From positions 18,538,001 through 18,602,000 of the forward strand of contig NC_092674.1 of NCBI RefSeq assembly GCF_964355755.1: 64,000 nt of DNA, read 5' to 3'. The notes below the pieces were generated by a model that saw only the letters and a program-made list of their open reading frames with translations, had not been told where the DNA came from and ran no database searches. Below are positions 51,095 to 64,000 of this stretch, one piece after another (position 1 is the first letter of the stretch; each line of letters opens with the position of its first letter). The position numbers and the translations under genes are program-made. Origin of the DNA: Antedon mediterranea (Eukaryota > Animalia > Echinodermata).

Positions 51095-52507
51095 CTAGAT
51101 GGTCGTGCCCACAGATGGTTCTCGAATACATAATAATTTCAGCGTTAAAAAACTGGCGATTTCAAATGCAGGACAATAATGTCGTTTACAGGAACGGATA
51201 AATAGACACTGTGATTTATGTACTCAACTAAAATTAGCACCCTGGGAATTACTTCCGAAAGAGAAACTTGTCACAAAATGAGACCAATTGTTTAAGTCAA
51301 ATTTAAACAAACTTAATTTGTGTTTTATATGTAACATTAGGGTTGAGGGATGGAAGAGGAACAATTTTTAAATATATTCTTTATCCATTTAGTAACGAAA
51401 TATTAATTGTTTTCATGTTTTACAAATAATATACCACTAAACCATGGAGGTATTTATACCCCCATGACTAAACACAGTAAAACATTGCGATGTAATACTT
51501 TGTTGAAACTATCACCGTCCTAGTCGATTGAAAAGTACAGTACGTGTAACGATACATCACTACGACGTGTATATGTTTATATAATGTAAAACAATTTGTG
51601 AAAACCACCTCTATTCGGGGCAAATCATAAATTCGATTTAATCGTCAATAAATATTAAATTATCTAACTCAACTTAATTAGTAGGCCTAATGGTTTTCAA
51701 TTGTTTCTTAGAGCTAATTCATACTTAAGTTGGTTCCTACCCTACCCACCAAAGTTGTTCTGCGTTTAGGGCATGTGATGCACTGTAGGCCTATCCTCTA
51801 CTGGCTTTACAACGCTACTCATGCCAGTGAGTGATGGGTGATGATGTGGGTGGTTTAACTGCAATAATAAAGATTTGTACGTAATATACGGCGACTGAAA
51901 ACGCTAGCTCATTATCCGTTTAAAAAAAATCTATATCCAACCTCTGCAGCACAGATTGAAAAAAAAAATGGATCGAATTTCTGTTATGAGTATACAGTAC
52001 TTGCCTTTACGACGCCTGAGGGAATAGACACTTGTGGAACAGAGATTGGAATGTTCCATTCATCGCAAATCAATACATTTGTATAAACGTATATTAAATC
52101 TATCAAAATAATACTTTTTAAAGAAAATCGGCCTGTCTTCAACATTATGATGCTGTACTCGAGCTGTTCAACCGGTTTTCAGCAATTAAAAACAATTATC
52201 GTAGGAGGAGATAGGAAAATGCGAAGCATCCTCGCATTATTGTATGCGGGTATTTTTCAAGATGGACATGCATACAGTATATACCACGATCGGAAAACAC
52301 CCCTATTTGGAGCAAATCGTTGAACCTAAATTCGTTTTAATCGTCAATGACTAATTATCGAACTCAATTTAATTAGTAAACAGGGTTACCTCAGGTGGTT
52401 AAAATCAGTATCGAAAGTACGAACCAACTTTATATACCATCGAGTAAACATTCTAGAAATAACGCGCGATTTACCGAATTTTGCCCTTACGTAAATTTAT
52501 ATATAGA
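51095..52507 (-). mobile_element. Non-autonomous Helitron, copy 2, inserted in array unit 2
   Basis: Minus strand TC...CTAG; removing it restores aaaattactagaaaaggctgg, the consensus of sibling units, with no TSD. Confidence 0.85.
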
Positions 52508-53464
52508 AGGCTGGAAAAACATAAATCACTAAAAAAAATGATGTTTTTAACTCTACGTGCCCACCGCGCGCGTAAAAATTTGCACGCGCGTGGGAATTTT
52601 CGACATGCTTAAAATGACATGAAACGCGTAGAAAGTTGATTAGAAATTGTTTTTTCGCAATATTAAATTTTAACTTAAATGTTCACCAAGTGTCTATACA
52701 AAATGACTTTTGGTTTATAATCTATAACCAATCATTAAAATTCATAAAATCGCGCATAACATACGCTGCGCGACTCTAAATTCATATAACGAAGTTTCTT
52801 GCACATCTACAGCTACAGGTCAATCTTTTGACAAAGTTATACAATCTTATGTTGACAAGGATGAGAGATATGCGACGCACAAAAATCCGGGAAAGAAAGA
52901 AGAACTAGACATGAAACTCGTCACTTTGACGAGTTAGTTATCCGCACGACAAACGCCACGTGCACGTCATATGTTGGAATGTTGCACACAGAAAAAGATT
53001 ATGGCATTATGACCTGAACTGAAGAATATGATAATTGTTAGTGCTAAATTCTGTCTATTTTGTGTCATATAGTATATACATTTTAAAGTACACAGTATAA
53101 TCTGTATACACGTAATTTAAATTTTTAGGCATGATTATGTCATAAAAATTAAATATTTTTAACACATGCATAAGATAGTTGATTGACCTAGACAATATTA
53201 AAATCTCAGAGAAAAAGGAATACAGATAAGCGTGATGCGCTCCATTTAATGTGATGAGCAATAAACGAAAGAGACAAAAATCATATATTTTACATTCGTG
53301 TGGCCATACGATGATGTCACAATGTCCGGTTAGCCATATTGATTAATGATCCGATATCTACAACTCATCCCCTTCCAGAATATGTAAGTAGAAAAAAATT
53401 TACCTCGTAGTTTAGAATCTATGATTGTTTAAAAAAAGGCATAATTTTGACGAATTTTTGAATT

Positions 53465-56112
53465 TTTTCTTTAAAAACACGCACAAATTGTATAATTCGA
53501 CGTGCTCTCCAATAGAGGAGAAATGCGGGTGCGCGCGTAACGTCTTGTAAAACATGGCATTTTTAATCCACAAAAAGTTTGCCCTTGATATGACTTAAAT
53601 TTTCAGAAAGTGTCAAAATAAAATTATGCTTGGTTTTTAGCCTATGATCAATCATAAAAAATCATAAAATCGCACGTAAGTCACGTTGCGCAACTCTGAC
53701 GTCATTCAAAATAGGAGGTGCACAACTTCACGTAAATGCCCATATGTTGACAAAGTTATGAAATGTTATGTTTACAAGTTTTTGAGATACGCGAGACACA
53801 AAAATGGAGGAGAAAGAAAGAAGAATAATACTAGACATGAAACTCGTCACTTTGACGAGTTAGTTATCCGCACCACGACAAACGCCACGTGCACGTCTTA
53901 CGTTGGAATATTGCACACAGGTAAAGATTATGGCATTATGACAAGAACTGAAGAATATGATATGCTGTTAGTGCTGAATTCTGTCAATTTTGTGTCATAT
54001 AGTATATACATGCAAACAGTATAATCTGTATACATATTACATACAGTGTAGAATAGGTGAAATTACGGGACCCGCCATTTATTCCAATTTTTAACATGGC
54101 GACGGTATCAAAATGAAACACTTAGATAGCAATTTCAGAAGGAAATGATCTCAGGAACAACATATTAACGTGTAGAAGAAATTTGAATACGTAAAATATA
54201 GATGCGCACCCTTTTAAATGTGATGAACTATTACGCAAAATATGAAAATACGACTTTTTTTATTCAACTGGCCATATGATGACGTCACAACATCCGATTG
54301 GCAAAATGTTTACATGAATTCGTATCTACAATCCAATAGCTTCCATAAAACGTTTTAATCGTGATTATCACATTTTATTCTTACGAGCTATTACAGATTA
54401 AAATTTACTGTAAAGATGAAATTAATGACCAACGTAATTTAAATTTTTAGGCATGATGACGTTAAATAAATTAAAAAAATTTTAATTCATGCAAAAGATA
54501 GTTGATTGACCAAGATTATATTAAAATCGGGGTGAAAATGGACAACGAATAAGTGGAGATGTGCTCTATTAAATGTGATGAGCAATAACGAAAGAGACAA
54601 AAATCCTATATTTTACATTCGTGTGGCCATACGATGACGTCACAATGTCCGGTTAGCCATATTAATGCATGATCCGATATCTACAACTCATCAACTTCCA
54701 GAATATGTAATTTAAAAAAAAGTTCTCCACGTAGTTTAGAATCTATGACTGTTTAAAAATAGGCATAATTTTGACGAATTTTTGAACTTTTTCTTTAAAA
54801 ACACGCACAAATTGTATAATTCGACGTGCTCTCCAATAGAGGAGAAATGCGCGTGCGCGCGTAACGTCTTGTAAAACATGGCATTTTTAATCCACAAAAA
54901 GTTTGCCCTTGATATGACTTAAATTTTCAGAAAGTGTCAAAATAAAATTATGCTTGGTTTTTAGCCTATGATCAATCATAAAAAATCATAAAATCGCACG
55001 TAAGTCACGTTGCGCAACTCTGACGTCATTCAAAATAGGAGGTGCACAACTTCACGTAAATGCCCATATGTTGACAAAGTTATGAAATGTTATGTTTACA
55101 AGTTTTTGAGATACGCGAGACACAAAAATGGAGGAGAAAGAAAGAAGAATAATACTAGACATGAAACTCGTCACTTTGACGAGTTAGTTATCCGCACCAC
55201 GACAAACGCCACGTGTACGTCTTACGTTGGAATATTGCACACAGGTAAAGATTATGGCATTATGACAAGAACTGAAGAATATGATATGCTGTTAGTGCTG
55301 AATTCTGTCAATTTTGTGTCATATAGTATATACATGCAAACAGTATAATCTGTATACATATTACATACAGTGTAGAATAGGTGAAATTACGGGACCCGCC
55401 ATTTATTCCAATTTTTAACATGGCGACGGTATCAAAATGAAACACTTAGATAGCAATTTCAGAAGGAAATGATCTCAGGAACAACATATTAACGTGTAGA
55501 AGAAATTTGAATACGTAAAATATAGATGCGCACCCTTTTAAATGTGATGAACTATTACGCAAAATATGAAAATACAACTTTTTTTATTCAACTGGCCATA
55601 TGATGACGTCACAACATCCGATTGGCAAAATGTTTACATGAATTCGTATCTACAATCCAATAGCTTCCATAAAACGTTTTAATCGTGATTATCACATTTT
55701 ATTCTTACGAGCTATTACAGATTAAAATTTACTGTAAAGATGAAATTAATGACCAACGTAATTTAAATTTTTAGGCATGATGACGTTAAATAAATTAAAA
55801 AAATTTTAATTCATGCAAAAGATAGTTGATTGACCAAGATTATATTAAAATCGGGGTGAAAATGGACAACGAATAAGTGGAGATGTGCTCTATTAAATGT
55901 GATGAGCAATAACGAAAGAGACAAAAATCCTATATTTTACATTCGTGTGGGCATACGATGACGTCACAATGTCCGGTTAGCCATATTAATGCATGATCCG
56001 ATATCTACAACTCATCAACTTCCAGAATATGTAATTTAAAAAAAAGTTCTCCACGTAGTTTAGAATCTATGACTGTTTAAAAATAGGCATAATTTTGACG
56101 GAATTTTTGAAC
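53465..56112. repeat. Near-identical tandem duplication, period 1324 bp
   Basis: Identical spurious ORFs at 53686 and 55010; heads at 53830 and 55154. Confidence 0.9.
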
Positions 56113-59100
56113 TTTTTCATAAAAAACGCACGTAAAGTATCCAATTCAACGTGCCCGTATGACGTAATTGTAAGTCGAAATTGTTTTAAAATTGGTAAAA
56201 TTACTATAAAAGGCTGGAAAAACATAAATCAATAAAAAAAAAATACTTTTAGCGCTACGTGCGCACCACGCGCATACAATTGTTCGCGCGCGTGGGAAAT
56301 TTTGACATGCTCAAAATGTCATGATCAGCGTAGAAAGTTGATTAAAAATTAATTTTGCGCATTTTGAATTTTAAATGCGCATGCGCGCGTAACTTTGTGT
56401 AAAACACGCAATTTTTTTTCCACAGAAAGTTAGCGCATGATATAAATTAAACTTTTGCTAAGTTTCAATTTAAATTGTTATATGGTTTTCAATCTATGTT
56501 AAATACGCGAAATTCATAAAATCGCGCGTAAGTCACGTTGCGCATTTCTGACGTCATTCACAATAGGAGGTGCACAACTTCACGTGAATGGCCATATGTT
56601 GACAAAGTTATGAAATGTTATGTTTACACGTTTTTGAGATACGCGAGACACAAAAGTAGAGGAGAAATGCGCGTGCGCGCGTAACGTCTTGTAAAACATG
56701 GCATTTTTAATCCACAAAAAGTTTGCCCTTGATATGACTTAAATTTTCACAAAGTGTCAAAACAAATTCATGCTTGGTTTTTAGTCTATGATCAATCATA
56801 AAAAATCATAAAATCGCACGTAAGTCACGTTGCGCAACTCTGACGTCATTAAAAAATAGGAGGTGCACAACTTCACGTAAATGCCCATATGTTGACAAAG
56901 TTATGAAATGTTATGTTTACAAGTTTTTGAGATACGTGAGGCACAAAAATGAGGGAGAAAGAAATAAGAAAAAACTAGACATGAAACTCGTCACTTTGAC
57001 GAGTTAGTTATCCGCTCGACAAACGCCACGCGCACGTCATACGTTGGAATTTTGCACACAGAAAAAGATTATGGCATTATTACTTGAAATGAAGAATATG
57101 ATGTGTTGTTAGTGCTGAATGCTGTATATTTTGTGTCATATAGTATACACAGTATAATCTGTATACGTATCACCGACAGTGTAGAATAGGTGAAATTACA
57201 GGACCCGTATTTTATTCCAATTTTTAACATGTTGACGGTTTCAAAATGAAACACGAAGGTAGTAATTTCGGAAGGAAATTATCTCAGCAACAACATATTA
57301 ACGTTTAGAAGAAATTTGAATACATGTGATATTGATGCGCGTTCTTTTAAATGTAATGAACTATGACGCAAAAGATGAAAATAAGACTTTGTTTATTTAA
57401 CTGGCCATATGATGACGTCACAATATCTAATTGGCGAAAAGTTCACATGATTTCGTATCTACAATCCGATAGCTTCCTGAAAACGTTTTAATCGTGATTA
57501 TCACATTTTATTCGTACGAGCTATAACAGATTAAAATTTACTGTAAAGATGAAATTAATGACCCTGTTAATTAAAATGTTTAGGCATGATGACGTCATAA
57601 CAATTAAAATATTTTTAACTCATGTGAAAGATAGTTGATTGACCTAGATAATATTAAAATCTCGGAGGAAATGGAATACGGATAAGCAAGATGCGCTCTA
57701 TTGAAAGTGATGAGCAATAACGAAAGAGACAAAAATCCTATATTATACATTCGTGTGGCCCTACGATGACGTCATAACATCTGAGAGGTAAAAATTGTGC
57801 ATGAATTTATATCTACAATTTATCTTCTTGCATAATAAGTTTTAAAAAATTGCGGTCACCTTTGATCCTGAAGAGCTATAATAGATTCAAAATAGGCATT
57901 ATTTTGACAATATTTTATAACTTTTTCAACTAAAACGCGCGCAAATGGTCTCAATCAACGTGTTCATATGACGTCATGTTAATTTGAAATGATGTCAATC
58001 TTTTTCAAAATGACTAAGAAAGGCTGTAAAATCATAATTCAAGAGAAAAACACATGGTTTTCATGCTCCGTGCGCACCTTACACGCAAATTTTTTCGCGC
58101 ACGTGGGAATTTTTGACATGCTTAAAATGTCCTGATCAGCGTAGAAAGTTGATTAGAAATTAATTTTGCGCATTTTGAAATTTTAAATGCGCGTGCGCGC
58201 GTAACTTCTTGTAAAACATGCCATTTTTAATCCATAGAAATTTTTCCCTTGATATGACTTAAATTTTCACTAAGTGTCAATAAAAAATGACTTTTGGTTT
58301 TTAGTCTATGATCAATCATAAAAAATCATAAAATCGCGCGTAAGTCATGTTGCGCAACTCTGACGTCATTCAAAATAGGAGGTGCACAATTTCACATAAA
58401 TGCCCACATGTTGACAAAGTTATGAAATGTTATGTTTACACGTTTTTGAGTTACGCGTGACACAAAAATGACAGAAAGAAAGAAGAATACAGAAAAAAAA
58501 GACTAGACATGAAACTCGTCACTTTGACGAGTTAGTTATCCGCTCGACAAACGCCACGTGCACGTCATACGTTAGAATATTGCACACAGAAAAATATTAA
58601 GGCATTATGACCTGAACTGAAGAATATGATATGTTGTTATTTCTGAATTCTGTTATTTTGTGTCATATAGTATAACAGTACAATCTGTATACATATCACA
58701 AACAGTGTAAAATAGGTGAAATTACGGGACCCGTATTTTATTGTAATTTTTAACATCTTGACGGTTTCAAAATAAAATGCAAAAGTAGAAATTTCTGAAT
58801 GAAATTATCTCAGCAACAACATATTAACGTGTAGAAGAAATTTGAATACGTGAAATATTGATGCGCGCTCTTTTAAATGTAATGAAATATAATGCAAAAG
58901 ATGAAAATACAACTTTTTTTATTCAACTGGCCATATGATGACGTCACAACATCCGATTGGCAAAATGTTTACATGAATTCGTATCTAAAATCCCATAGCT
59001 TCCAGAAAACGTTTTAATCATGATTATCACTTTTTATTCTGATGAGCTATAACAGATTGAAATTTACTGTAAAGATGAAAATAAGTGACCCACGTTATTT

Positions 59101-62100
59101 ACAATTTTCGACATGATGACGTCATAAAAATTAAAATATTTTTAACTCATGCAAAATATAGTTCATTCACCTAGACAATATCAAAATCGGGGTGAAAATA
59201 AAAAACGGATAAGTGGAGATGCGCTCTATTAAATGTGATGCACTATGACAAAAGAGACAAAAATCCTATATTTTATATTCGCGTGACCATACGATGATGT
59301 TATAATGTCCGATTAGCCATATTAATGTATGATCCGATATCTACAACTCATCAACTTCCAGAATATTTAATTAAAAAAAAGTTCTCCATGTAGTTTAGAA
59401 TCTATGAATGTTTAAAAATAGGCATAATTTTGACGAATTTTTGAACTTTTTCACAAAAAACGCGTGCAAATTATTTAATTCGACGTGCTCGTATGACGTA
59501 ATTTTAAGTCGAAATTGTTTAAAATTTGGTAACATTACTAGAAAAGGCTGAAAAAACATAAATCACGCGAAAAAAAAATGTTTTTAACGGTACGTGTTCA
59601 CCGCGTGCGTAAAAATGTTCGCGCGCGTGGGAATTTTTGACATGCGCAAAATGTCATGAGTCGTGTAAAAAGTTGATTAGAAATTAATTTTACGCATTTT
59701 GAAACTTTAAATGCGCGTGCGCGCGTAACTTCTTGTAAAACATGCCATTTTTAATCCACAAAAAGTTTGCACTTGATATGACTTAAATTTTCACGAAGTG
59801 TCAAAACTAAATTATGCTTGGTTTTTAGTCTATGAGCAATCATAAAAAATCATAAAATCGCGCGTAAGTCACGTTGCGCAACTCTGACGTCATTCAAAAA
59901 TAGGAGGTGCACAACTTCACGTAAATGCCCATATGTTGACAAAGTTATGAAATGTTATGTTTACCCATTTTAGAGATGCGCTCTGCACAAAAAGTGAGGG
60001 AGAAAGACAGAAGAATAATACTAGACATGAAACTCGTCACTTTGACGAGTTAGTTATCCGCACGACAAACGCCACGAGCACGTCATACGTTGGAATATTG
60101 CACACAGAAAAAGATTATGGCATTATGACCTGGACTGAAGAATATGATTATGTTGTTATTGCTGAATTCTGTTATTTTGTGTCATATAGTATACACAGTA
60201 TAATCTGTATACATATCACAATCACATACAGTGTAGAATAGGGGAAAATACGGGACCCGCTATTTATTCCAATTTTTAACATGCTGACGGTTTCAAAATG
60301 AAACGCGAAGGTAGCAATTTCGGAAGGAAATTATCTCAGCAACAACATATTAGCGTGTACAAGAAATTTGAATACGTGAAATATTGATGCGCGCTCTTTT
60401 AAATGTAATGAATTATAACGCAAAAGATGAAAATACGACTTTTTTTATATAACTGGCCATATGATGACGTCACAACATCCGATTAGCAAAATGTTCACAT
60501 GATTTCGTATCTACAATTCAATAGCTTCCAGAAAACGTTTTAATCATGATTATCACATTTCATTCTTACGAGCTATAACAGATTAAATTTTACTGTAAAT
60601 ATGAAATTTATGCCACACGTAATTTAAATTTTTAGGCATGATGACGTCATAAAAATTTAAATATTTTTAACTTGTGCGAAAGATAGTTGATTTACCTAGA
60701 CAATATCAAAATCGGGGTGAAAATGGAAAACTGATAAGTGGCGATGCGTTCTACTAAATGTGATGAGCTATGACGAAAGATACAAAAATCCTAAATTTTA
60801 TATTCACGTGGCCATACGATGACGTCACAATGTCCGGTTAGCCATAAAAATACATGATCCGATATCTACAACTCATCAACTTCCAGAATTTGTCATCCAC
60901 AAAAAGTTGATCGTGTAGTTTAGAAATTATGACTGTTTAAAAAAAGGCATAATTTTGACAAATTTTTGAACTTTTTCATCAAAAACGCAAACGTAACTTT
61001 ATGTCGAAATTGTTTAAAAGTTGGTAAAATTACTAGAAAAGGCTGGACAAATATAAATCACGCGAAAAAAATATGTTTTTAATGCTACGTGCGCACCACA
61101 CACGTAAAAAATTGCGCACGCGTGGGAATTTTTGACATGCTTAAAATGACATGAAACTCGTAGAAAATTGATTAGAAATTAATTTTGCGCATTTTAAAAT
61201 TTTAAATGCGCATGCACGCGTAACTTTGTGTAAAATACGCAATTTTTTTTTCACAGGAAGTTAGCGCATGACACAAATTAAACTTTTGACAAGTTTCAGT
61301 TTAAAATCTTTTATGGTTTTCGATCTATGTTAAATACGCAAAATTCATAAAATCGCACTTAAGTCACGTTGCACAACTCTGACGTCATTAAAAAATAGGA
61401 GGTGCACAAGTTCACGTAAATGCCCATATGTTGTCAAAGTTATGAAATGTTATGTTTACACATTTTAGAGAAACGCTCTACACAAAAATAGCGAGAAAGA
61501 AAGAAGAATAATACAGAAAAAAATATTGATCCCATACAATAACAAGGAGTTATCCGCCAAGTGCGGATAACTAATAATACAGAAAAAAAAAAAAAAATGA
61601 TGATCCCATACAATCACAAGGAGTTATCCGCCGAGTGCGGATAACTAACTAGACATGAAACTCGTCACTTTGACGAGTTAGTTATCCGCTCGACAAACGC
61701 CACGTGCACGTCATACGTTAGAATATTGCACACAGAAAAATATTAAGGCATTATGACCTGAACTGAAGAATATGATATGTTGTTATTTCTGAATTCTGTT
61801 ATTTTGTGTCATATTGTATACACAGTACAATCTGTATACATATCACAAACAGTGTAAAATAGGTGAAATTACGGAACCGGTATTTTATTGTAATTTTTAA
61901 CATCTTGACGGTTTCAAAATGAAATGCAAAAGTAGAAATTTCAGAATGAAATTATCTCAGCAACAACATATTAACGTGTAGAAGAAATTTGAATACGTGA
62001 AATATTGATGCGCGCTCTTTTAAATGTAATGAAATATAACGCAAAAGATGAAAATACGACTTTTTTTATTTAACTGGCCATATGATGACATCACAACATT

Positions 62101-64000
62101 CGATTGGCACAATTTTCACATGATTTAGTATCTACAATACAATAGCTTCCTGAAAACGTTTTAATCGTGATTATCACATTTTATTCTTACGGGCTATTAC
62201 AGATTAAAATTTACTGTAAAGATGAAATTAATGACCCACGTAATTTAAATTTTTAGGCATGATGACGTCATAAAAATTAAAATATTTTTATCTCATGCGA
62301 AAGATAGTTGATTGACCTAGACAATATTAAAATCTCGGAGAAAAAGGAATACGTATAAGCGTGATGCGCTCCATTGAATATGATGAGCAATAACGAAAGA
62401 CAATAAAATCCTATATTTTACATTCGTGTGGCCATATGATGACGTCACAACATCCGTGAGGTAAAAATTCTGCATGAATTCATATCTACAACATATCTGC
62501 TTACATATTGAGTTAAAAAAATTAGGGGTAATCGTTGATCCTGAGAAGCTATAAAAGATTCAAAATAGGCATAATTTTGACAACATTTTGTAACCTTTTC
62601 AACTAAAACGCGTGCAAATGGGCTAAATCAACGTGTTCGTATGACGTAATTTAATTTGAAATGATGTCAATCTTTTTGAAAATGAGTAGGAAAGGCTGGA
62701 AAATCACAATTCAAGAGAAAAAAACATGATTTTCATGCTCTATGCGCACCGTACGCGTAATATTTTTCGCGCGCGCGGCAATTTTTGACATGCTTAAAAT
62801 GACATGAAACGCATAGAAAGTTGATTAGAAATTATTTTTGCGCATTTTGAAATTTTAAATGCGCATGCGCGCGTAACTTTGTGTAAAACACGCAATTTTT
62901 TTCCAACAGAAAGTTAGCGCATGATATAAATTAAAATTTCACAAAGTGTCAATTAAAAATCACTTTTAGTTTTTAATCTATGATCAATCATAACAAATCA
63001 TAAATCGCGCGTAAGTCACGTTGCGCAACTCTGATGTCATTCAAAAATAGGAGGTGCACAACTTCACGTAAATGCCCACATGTTGTCAAAGTTATGAAAT
63101 GTTATGTTTACACATGTTAGAGAAACGCTCTACACAAAAATGGAAGGAAAGAAATAAGAATAATACAGAAAAAAAAAAAAATGATGATCCCATACAATCA
63201 CAAGGAGTTATCTGCCAAGTGCGGATAACTAAAAAAAAAAAAAAAAAAAAAAGTAACAGGACGATTACAAGGAGTTATCCGCTACTAAGCGGATAACTAA
63301 TAAGACAGAAAAAAACTGTTGATCTCATACAATAACAAGGAGTTATCCGCTTGGTATACCAAGCGGATAACTAATAAAGAAAAAAAAAAAGATCCAGGAC
63401 GATTACAAGGAGTTATCCGCTACTAAGCGGATAACTAATAAAGATGAAAATGATTTTTACAATCACAAGGGTTACAAGTTGCGGATAACCAAAAAAAAAA
63501 ATATTGATCCACTACAATCACAAGGAGCTACTAAGCGGATAACTAAAAAAAAAAAAAAAAGATGATGAAACAGGACAGTTACAAGGAGTTATCCACTGAA
63601 TGCGGATAACTCAAAAAAAGATCCTGTCAATAACAAGGGGTTATCCACCAAGTGCGGATAACCAACTATAGCTGTGCAATTGCTAATAACAATATGGCAA
63701 CATGGTACGCTATGCTTGTGTGATTTTGTTGTTATTTGTGGCCGATTCAATTGCAACTATCACATATTCTGGAGAGCAACTAATTCCACAGATTGATTCC
63801 ACTGATATTTGATTTACCGGATGAAATACTACCCAGCCTGGAAACATAGGAAAAGGGGTAGACGAGGCGGATCACTCACTCAGCTGAGAAAGCAGTCAAC
63901 CAGCCTTCATTACCTAGTATCTATCTGGCAAACGTATGATCATTACATCATACGATCGATGAACTATTATGTAACCTTCATTCAAAACAAGATCACAGGG

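Larger units (their letters stand above)
49063..63665 (-). mobile_element. Nested/tandem array of a non-autonomous Helentron (Helitron2/HINE)-like element, units ~0.9-1.8 kb
   Basis: Heads ACTAG..AACTCGTCActtTGACGAGTT-(A/G)GTTATCCGC at 49063, 50136, 52904, 53830, 55154, 56974, 58502, 60020 and 61648. Tails ACAAGG-AGTTATCCGC-loop-GCGGATAACT at ~61548, 61622, 63206, 63273, 63341, 63411, 63469, 63526, 63587 and 63639. Asymmetric subterminal IRs, hairpins and A/T-run insertion sites; no coding capacity. Confidence 0.8.

Noticed and set aside
53686-60241. Repeated ORFs (53686, 55010, 59957) as a gene family
   Set aside because: They span element junctions in a noncoding repeat, have no recognisable domain, and are broken in sibling units.
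63185-63665. CRISPR-like array of palindromic repeats with spacers
   Set aside because: Eukaryotic intron with no cas genes; the spacers are A-tracts, and the repeats are the termini of the adjacent Helentron-like units.
63666-64000. Next NALCN exon
   Set aside because: No frame resembling NALCN domain III was found; the next exon is presumably beyond the window.

Overview
AT-rich, intron-rich animal genomic DNA, probably from a marine invertebrate (an echinoderm or other non-vertebrate deuterostome is a guess). Two multi-exon genes point away from each other. The first is an ABCC5-like (short MRP) ABC transporter on the minus strand, with 17 coding exons from 8298 running off the left edge. 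The second is the sodium-leak channel NALCN on the plus strand, with 19 exons traced from 19651 to 48304 (domains I-II and the II-III linker) and continuing past the right edge. NALCN carries two equal-length, mutually exclusive domain-II pore exons (TQEGW versus TQKGW). The flanking introns contain what looks like a competing docking-site/selector RNA-pairing switch, followed by a TGCATG (Rbfox-type) cluster; this is the strongest candidate for an undescribed mechanism. A 14.6-kb NALCN intron segment is a Russian-doll array of a non-autonomous Helentron/Helitron2-like element (9 heads, 10 stacked tails). The rest is MITEs, a Helitron present twice, Tx1/L1, CR1/L2, Penelope and gypsy remnants, and very abundant short TA-flanked motifs such as TAGGCCTA that look like excision footprints. 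All coordinates were read by eye; no searches or folding programs were run.
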